In this document: positions 26,836-32,000 of the stretch, piece after piece
Layout of the letters: every line of letters begins with the position of its first letter
How positions within the stretch are numbered: the stretch's first letter is position 1
Source of the DNA: Ignicoccus islandicus DSM 13165
GTDB lineage: Archaea > Thermoproteota > Thermoprotei_A > Sulfolobales > Ignicoccaceae
Reading direction: 5' to 3'
NCBI RefSeq assembly: GCF_001481685.1
Contig: NZ_CP006867.1
Span: 780,001 to 812,000, forward strand
DNA: 32,000 nt
Position numbers and translations under genes: made by a program
Notes under the pieces: generated by a model
The model's input: the letters and a program-made list of their open reading frames with translations, nothing else
Database searches by the model: none
What the model was told of the DNA's origin: nothing

Positions 26836-27468
26836 TCACTCTGGCATTTTCCCCTCTACTACGAATATTGTTAAGGCCGCTATGTGGGAGGCGTGATCGG
26901 CCAATCTCTCTAAGAACTTTATCGAAAGCGCTTCCACTACAGCGCAAGGAACGCTCTGCTCGTTCTTCATTATATCAATTAAGTTCGAGTGGTACTTCTC
27001 GTCGACGTCATCGTCCTTACTTATAACCTTGAAAGCCAATATTGTGTTCAATTCCTTAAAGGACCTCAAAGCATCGTTTATCATGGACTCTACGAGAGGC
27101 CTCAATTCATCGAACCTCTTGGTCTCACATTCTATTCCCATTTTCTCAGCTCGACTGAAGGCGGCTAACGCATCGTAAGCGTACCTGCCGAGTCTCAGCA
27201 GATCGTATCCGAGTTCCATGTAAGCCTTAACCTTCCTCAGGTCTGAAGCTATTGGTTGGAATCGAGCAATGGTTTCTAAGGCTAGTTCGTCGATTTCGTC
27301 GTTGAGTCTCCTAAGCTCTTGCACGTATTCTTTAACCTTAGTCCTCTTCTCTTCCTTCTCTTTCTCCTTTATGGCTTGAAGCGATAGTTCCACAGTTTTC
27401 TTCGTTAATTCCATTGCTTCGTTTACGCACTCATCGAGCCTTTTAAGAGCGATTTCTATTAACCTCAA
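26836..27468 (-). CDS. phoU: PhoU-family regulator
   Basis: 210 aa, two helical repeats. ARFQPIASDLRKV and FLERLADHASHIA are PhoU signatures. No pst genes are adjacent. Confidence 0.8.
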   Translation of the reverse strand: MRLIEIALKRLDECVNEAMELTKKTVELSLQAIKEKEKEEKRTKVKEYVQELRRLNDEIDELALETIARFQPIASDLRKVKAYMELGYDLLRLGRYAYDALAAFSRAEKMGIECETKRFDELRPLVESMINDALRSFKELNTILAFKVISKDDDVDEKYHSNLIDIMKNEQSVPCAVVEALSIKFLERLADHASHIAALTIFVVEGKMPE

Positions 27469-27515
27469 CTTCGAGCCCGTGAGGATATTCTTCCCTCAAG
27501 TAAATTAAAGTGGAC

Positions 27516-28613
27516 TCACTTGAACCTCTTTATCCCCGCTATACCGAACGTCTTCTTAAACCATTCCGCTTCGGGAACTCCCTCTGGTATTGGGATAACC
27601 TTCGTCCCGTACATCTCAGCCTCTTCCTTTATCTTCTCAAGCTCGGGGTGATCTTCGGGAATCAAGATAGACTTGAGCGCGCCCATTCTAAGCGCTTCCA
27701 TGACCTCTTCCTTACCGTAAACGGCGTAACCAGTGTCCTTCGCTAAGTGTCTCTTGAACTCTTCCATAGCGTTCAACGCTTCGGCGTACTTCTGGCCTTG
27801 GATTTCGTTGTACCCCCTTTGAACGAGTTCGTAGAAACCGTGCTCGTCAACGTCTGCTACGTCGTAAAGGCCTAGCACTTTCTGCTTTATCCTGTAGTCT
27901 AAGCCGCCCGCCTCTAAGAAATCTTGTTTAGAGAAAGCCGGACCTCCGATCAAGACTCCTTTAAGTCTACCTTGCTCTAAGTAAGGTAGAAGAACTTCGC
28001 TTGCCACCTCGCCCGCGTGTTTATAGAAGGCTTCCGCGGCTTGCTCTATTAATCTATCGAATCTTCTCTGGGACTGACCACCTCTGTGGTGCTTACTAGG
28101 TATGAACCCCGTCGCCTCCCTTAAAATCTCAATGTTAGAACCCTTTAGCAAACCAACTAACATCTTACCTCTCTCGACCAATATTAAACCGTAAACTTCC
28201 GGTTCCTCGACCATATCCTTTAGGAATTCCGTATGGAAACTCTTGTCAGTTCTGTAGAAGAACACTGGTACCTTATCTGGAGGCGAGAAGGCGTAGCATT
28301 CCAGTTTCTCGGTGTCCGGATTAACGCCGCAGAATATAACTAGGCCATTAGGTGGTACCTTATCGAACCTTTTTAGCCTATCCATCGCTGCGGTGAGCGC
28401 TGCCTTAACGGCTTCTCTAGTCTTCTTCAATTTAACGTTGTCCGCAACGCTCATCTCCTTTCTGAGAAGCTCCATTACGTCACCTACGGGTCTCCCGGGC
28501 GGTATGTATAGCGAGAGTAGCGTGGTTGCCGGCGCGCTCCATTTCTCCAATTCCTTCAACAATTCCTTCAACTGCTTTCGCGAGATCTGCCATTCGGACG
28601 TCGCTTCACTCAT
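27516..28613 (-). CDS. prf1: peptide chain release factor aRF1 (divergent decoding motifs)
   Basis: 365 aa. It aligns by eye along its length with eRF1/aRF1: LYIPPG, KVPPNGLVIFCG, FHTEFL and the GGQ motif HHRGGQSQRRF. A GAGGTG Shine-Dalgarno-like element lies upstream of the ATG. Confidence 0.9.
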   Translation of the reverse strand: MSEATSEWQISRKQLKELLKELEKWSAPATTLLSLYIPPGRPVGDVMELLRKEMSVADNVKLKKTREAVKAALTAAMDRLKRFDKVPPNGLVIFCGVNPDTEKLECYAFSPPDKVPVFFYRTDKSFHTEFLKDMVEEPEVYGLILVERGKMLVGLLKGSNIEILREATGFIPSKHHRGGQSQRRFDRLIEQAAEAFYKHAGEVASEVLLPYLEQGRLKGVLIGGPAFSKQDFLEAGGLDYRIKQKVLGLYDVADVDEHGFYELVQRGYNEIQGQKYAEALNAMEEFKRHLAKDTGYAVYGKEEVMEALRMGALKSILIPEDHPELEKIKEEAEMYGTKVIPIPEGVPEAEWFKKTFGIAGIKRFK

Positions 28614-29257
28614 TTCTTCATCACCACCTCTATCTCTCGGGTTTGCCTTATCAAAAATGGGGCAAGAACTTAAAAATTATACATCATTGAGAATGTTCAA
28701 TAACATCCATTGTATATTTAGTATTTCACTTCCGATGTACTATTCAATAAGGATCTAAATTATACTTTAGCTATTCACCATCCCATGGTGAATCCCCATC
28801 TCCACCTCTTGTCCAAATTAAATTTTCCATTCATTCATAATCAATTTACTCACTTCCTCAACCTTAACCATTTGAATTCAGAAACAATGGTCCTTTTAAG
28901 CACCTTCAGTTTCTACCGGACTTCCTAATGCTCAATTCCATTTCAACTTAATCATTCAACATCGTATTTGCAAAAGCAAACAAGATTTACCAATCCAGAG
29001 CTCAAGTCATCAGTACACGGTCCTTTCAAGATCGATCTTTACAATGAGAAGTTGCATTGAGGGGTTAATAAGCGATCATGGGAACTTCGATGATCATGGG
29101 GATTTCTACTCAAGCCTTCCTTATACAAGCATATGCATGCATATATTGGACAACAAAATGGGTTGATATTCGAAGAGGAAAGGTATGGTTGTGGAAAGAT
29201 AGATGAAGGGAAAGGGTTAAAAGGTAAGAAAGAAGTTGCTTAAATAGGAGGGCAACG
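28614..29257 (+). promoter_or_regulatory. non-coding spacer: aRF1 promoter region plus putative CRISPR leader
   Basis: 644 nt without credible ORFs on either strand. It lies on the side of the array where repeats are intact. A TTAAATAG element at 29240-29247, flanked by the inverted GTTGC/GCAAC, sits just upstream of repeat 1. Confidence 0.5.
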
Positions 29258-30077
29258 GTAGAGATCCAATAGGGAATAGAAAGAGTATTTTTATTAGTTT
29301 CCTAGCTTTGGCTGTCCTTATTAGCGTAGAGATCCAATAGGGAATAGAAAGATTCTCTTCCCTAGGTCGCTTGGTCTCTTGGTGGTCGTTTCGAGTAGAG
29401 ATCCAATAGGGAATAGAAAGTAGAAAAGAGACCGAAAGAGATCATCCGGCCTCCAGATTTTTGTAGAGATCCAATAGGGAATAGAAAGCAACGATTTCAA
29501 AGACTGTGAACTCGATATCGATAAGAGGTAGAGATCCAATAGGGAATAGAAAGTGAACTTTCCACAAATAAGAGAGCGTTAAGCTTAAAAGTAGAGATCC
29601 AATAGGGAATAGAAAGTCCCCATTGGGGGAGGAGTACTCGGCGTAGATCGTGTACCCGTAGAGATCCAATAGGGAATAGAAAGACAAATGTCCCAGTCTA
29701 TTAAAAAATCTTTCTCCTCCCCATTGTAGAGATCCAATAGGGAATAGAAAGAGAACTATATTGAGAGCTAGGGGGATTGAAAATGGTAGGCAGTAGAGAT
29801 CCAATAGGGAATAGAAAGCTTACCGAGCAGATCTTGTACTATGCTGTATACTCCGTAGAGATCCAATAGGGAATAGAAAGTTGCAGTCAATTGTGCAAAG
29901 GTTTTGATACTGTTCGTCAGGTAGAGATCCAATAGGGAATAGAAAGTCTTCACCGTCGAACTGCTCCCCGAGGTACTCGAGTACCTGTAGAGATCCAATA
30001 GGGAATAGAAATTCCTTAGCGTATTATTTTCATTATGGCGAACAGGATGAAGTATAGTCCCAAGATGGAATAGAAAG
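29258..30077 (+). CRISPR. CRISPR array: 13 repeats (12 intact, 1 degenerate) and 12 spacers
   Basis: The repeat GTAGAGATCCAATAGGGAATAGAAAG (26 nt) starts at 29258, 29326, 29395, 29463, 29528, 29591, 29658, 29726, 29793, 29855, 29921 and 29987. The copy at 29987 ends in T instead of G. A further copy at 30052 has 21/26 identity. Spacers are unique and 36-43 nt long. The strand was chosen from the GAAAG 3' end of the repeat and from repeat decay at the far end. Confidence 0.95.
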
Positions 30078-30233
30078 GTGGAAAGATATAGTATAGTTCG
30101 TATCGTCCTTTGATGGTAGAAATCTGCGAGAAATAAAATAGTATAAGGATAAGTGAAACGCGTTCTCCTCGGTAATTACTAATATTATGAGAAAAGTCTG
30201 TGAACTTTGATCCTTCAGATCGAAAATCTGAAC

Positions 30234-30830
30234 TTAGAAGGTTACAGTTTCCATAATGGGTTCTTCTCCTTTCTTGATGATCAATACGTCGACTCCGTCT
30301 CCCGATAAGCTATCTCTTGAAGAGGCAACCCGTATTGAGTCTATAGCTAAGTTCTTGGCGTCTTGAACGCTCATGTCCTCTCTGTATTCGCGCTCTAGGA
30401 GGGCTATCGCTAAAGGCGCACCGCTACCTGCAGCCGCGTACTTCTCTTCTACTACCGAACCCACTGGATCTAATACGAAAATATGTGGGCCGGACGAATC
30501 TATTCCTCCAAAGACGGTTTCCGTGAGTAGTGGGAACATCTTATAAGAATACAAGAGTACTCCCAGAAACCTCGCTGCTGATCGAACCTTCATTTCCTTC
30601 CTTACGTTTAATTCGTATCTCTTGACCTCTAACTCTACAATTCTGCTTATCGTTTGCATGTCCGCGTACAGCCCCGCGCAAGCCATGCCCATCCTATTCC
30701 CTATCTTGAATACTTTTTTCATAGATTTACTCATGACGAAACCTCCGTAACTCATCCTCTTTTCTGCCGCCAGCACGACGGCGTCGCTTAACTTAATGCC
30801 AACCGCGGTAGCGCCTACGTATCCGCTCAC
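30234..30830 (-). CDS. psmB: proteasome beta-type subunit, predicted catalytically inactive (Ala at the Thr1 position)
   Basis: 198 aa. It aligns by eye with the Thermoplasma beta subunit (TTTVGITLKDAVIMATERR versus ATAVGIKLSDAVVLAAEKR; GSGS versus GSGA region). The GTG start overlaps the hypA stop (GTGA). Confidence 0.9.
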   Translation of the reverse strand: MSGYVGATAVGIKLSDAVVLAAEKRMSYGGFVMSKSMKKVFKIGNRMGMACAGLYADMQTISRIVELEVKRYELNVRKEMKVRSAARFLGVLLYSYKMFPLLTETVFGGIDSSGPHIFVLDPVGSVVEEKYAAAGSGAPLAIALLEREYREDMSVQDAKNLAIDSIRVASSRDSLSGDGVDVLIIKKGEEPIMETVTF

Positions 30831-31300
30831 TTCGCATCTCCGCGGTAATTCGTAGGGGTGGATCCTTTTAGGTTAGCCTTTTCCTCTCCGGCGTTCTCAA
30901 TCTCAATCGAAACGATCTGAAACTCCTCTCCCTTCACGATTTCGACGTCAGACGATCCGCATCTAGGGCACTTCAAAATTTCGCTTATCAAGTGTGGATA
31001 TAGGTGAAGGATCGGTAGGTTGACTTCCAAGTCTGGATATACGTCCCTGAAACTCCACTGGGCCCCGCAATTCCTACACTTGAACTCGGATTTCACCAAC
31101 TCTACCTCTAGCTGGGCTCCCTCCAAAGGGGTTCCTATGCTATATATTTCCATTGCGTTCTTCAAGGCTTCTATGTCAATTAGGCTCAGTTCGCCTATTC
31201 TCATCTTAATTTTCTTTACCCTTACGTTTTCCAAATTCTTATTCTTTAGGAAATCCAGTACGGAGCTTATGATCATCTGAGCGTAACTACCTTCGTGCAT
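30827..31300 (-). CDS. hypA: hydrogenase nickel-insertion/maturation factor HypA
   Basis: 157 aa. The N-terminal MHE Ni-binding motif and the zinc site CRNCG...CPRCGS are present. The C-terminal tail is longer than usual. Confidence 0.85.
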   Translation of the reverse strand: MHEGSYAQMIISSVLDFLKNKNLENVRVKKIKMRIGELSLIDIEALKNAMEIYSIGTPLEGAQLEVELVKSEFKCRNCGAQWSFRDVYPDLEVNLPILHLYPHLISEILKCPRCGSSDVEIVKGEEFQIVSIEIENAGEEKANLKGSTPTNYRGDAK

Positions 31301-31867
31301 AACATGTTATCCCTACCATTGGACGCGGCGAGAGTTATTGAGCTTCTTCATAATACGTATAACGAAGTAATCGCCGTAACGCCTACCGGCTACTCTTGTT
31401 TAGGAGTATATCCTCGAGAGGGGGCCTCGCTGGAATTCAGGGCGTTCAAAGGCAAGTTTCAGGAAAGCTTGAGGAACGTAAACGAAATAAACGTATTTTC
31501 GTCGTTTAAGCCAATCGATTACGTGGAGGCCGCGCTAACTAAGGACTTGGAGCTAATTGAAACGCCTTTAGGGCTCGGTCCTAAGCACTGGTACTTAGCT
31601 ATCAAGTGCGAAGTTAGCGAACTAGGAGGCTCGGATCCAGTTATATATGAATGCGTACCTAGAGAAGCCTTCTATAGACCGGCGCCTCCGCCCAGTCGTT
31701 CCTTCTTCTACGTTCTCGAAGCAGCCGTTTACGCTTCGAGGTGGTTCCTAAAACCCGAATACGTGGACAAAGCCGTTGAATTGCTCCTAGAAGGCTACAG
31801 GCTCGGTGACGAGTTAGACAGAGCAGCAGTTGGAAAGGTTCTAAGGTACCTTATGGAAAGAGTGTAG
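31295..31867 (+). CDS. conserved hypothetical protein, possibly DUF447-like (family assignment tentative)
   Basis: 190-aa ORF with normal composition. GTG at 31295 or ATG at 31304. It lies head-to-head with hypA with no intergenic space. The family call is from weak recollection only. Confidence 0.45.
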   Translation: MHNMLSLPLDAARVIELLHNTYNEVIAVTPTGYSCLGVYPREGASLEFRAFKGKFQESLRNVNEINVFSSFKPIDYVEAALTKDLELIETPLGLGPKHWYLAIKCEVSELGGSDPVIYECVPREAFYRPAPPPSRSFFYVLEAAVYASRWFLKPEYVDKAVELLLEGYRLGDELDRAAVGKVLRYLMERV

Positions 31868-31877
31868 TCTATAATCA

Positions 31878-32000
31878 TTAGTCGCGCTCAGATAAGAGGG
31901 GTCTCGGTATATTGGATAATAAGTTTCTGACACTCATCGTAATTGCGTTCTTAGGTACAACTATTTCAAGGACCTTGAGAATGGGTACAGCGTTCTTGAC
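31878..32000 (-). CDS. 3' end of an ORF entering from the right edge (unknown product)
   Basis: The open frame ...VKNAVPILKVLEIVVPKNAITMSVRNLLSNIPRPLLSERD ends with TAA at 31880-31878. Only 40 codons are visible. Confidence 0.25.
   Translation of the reverse strand, partial: VKNAVPILKVLEIVVPKNAITMSVRNLLSNIPRPLLSERD

Noticed and set aside
26771-26947. N-terminal 59-aa extension of the AEC transporter ORF (MRCSGSAFDK...)
   Set aside because: It is non-hydrophobic and Arg/Ser-rich, and it overlaps the 3' end of the PhoU-like gene. An in-frame GTG at 26770 begins directly at the first TM helix.
27516-28613. Idea that the divergent aRF1 motifs signal a stop-codon reassignment
   Set aside because: Confident genes in this window terminate with TAA, TAG and TGA at ends consistent with family lengths. 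No gene appears to need read-through.
28312-28758. 148-aa plus-strand ORF spanning the aRF1 5' end and the leader
   Set aside because: Most of it is antisense to aRF1, and the rest is low-complexity. It is a shadow ORF.
29321-29998. Three minus-strand ORFs in the track (29321-29539, 29442-29804, 29768-29998) with recurring FLFPIGSL / YSLLDLY peptides
   Set aside because: They are translations of the CRISPR repeat read in different frames. The periodic peptide is the repeat itself and is not a protein.

Overview
Dense archaeal chromosomal window with about 30 genes, mostly on the minus strand and often with 1-4 nt overlaps. The gene content is crenarchaeal and hyperthermophile-like: A-type ATPase B/D, thermosome, aEF-2, aRF1, proteasome beta, HypA, glutamyl-tRNA reductase, and a fused 3-hydroxyacyl-CoA dehydrogenase/enoyl-CoA hydratase with the archaeal domain order. 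Assignment to a Desulfurococcales/Ignicoccus-like lineage is inference only. One clear CRISPR array lies at 29258-30077 (26-nt repeat GTAGAGATCCAATAGGGAATAGAAAG, 12 spacers, decaying distal repeats) with no cas gene in the window. I found no rRNA, tRNA or mobile element. No complete, obviously novel multi-gene system (for example a defence island) can be demonstrated from sequence alone. The best second-look candidates are listed here. (1) A CcmC-type haem-handling protein is fused to a CcmE-like anchored beta-domain, a few kb from a secreted HAO-like octahaem cytochrome c and hemA. (2) A translationally coupled four-gene operon runs Cys-rich protein, Pol-beta-type nucleotidyltransferase/OB, unknown protein, PUA-methyltransferase. 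(3) The proteasome beta subunit has Ala in place of the catalytic Thr1 and is coupled to hypA. (4) The aRF1 is altered in all three stop-codon-recognition motifs. (5) The CRISPR array is orphan and has a long, compositionally skewed leader. All product calls come from motif recognition by eye; no database search was run.
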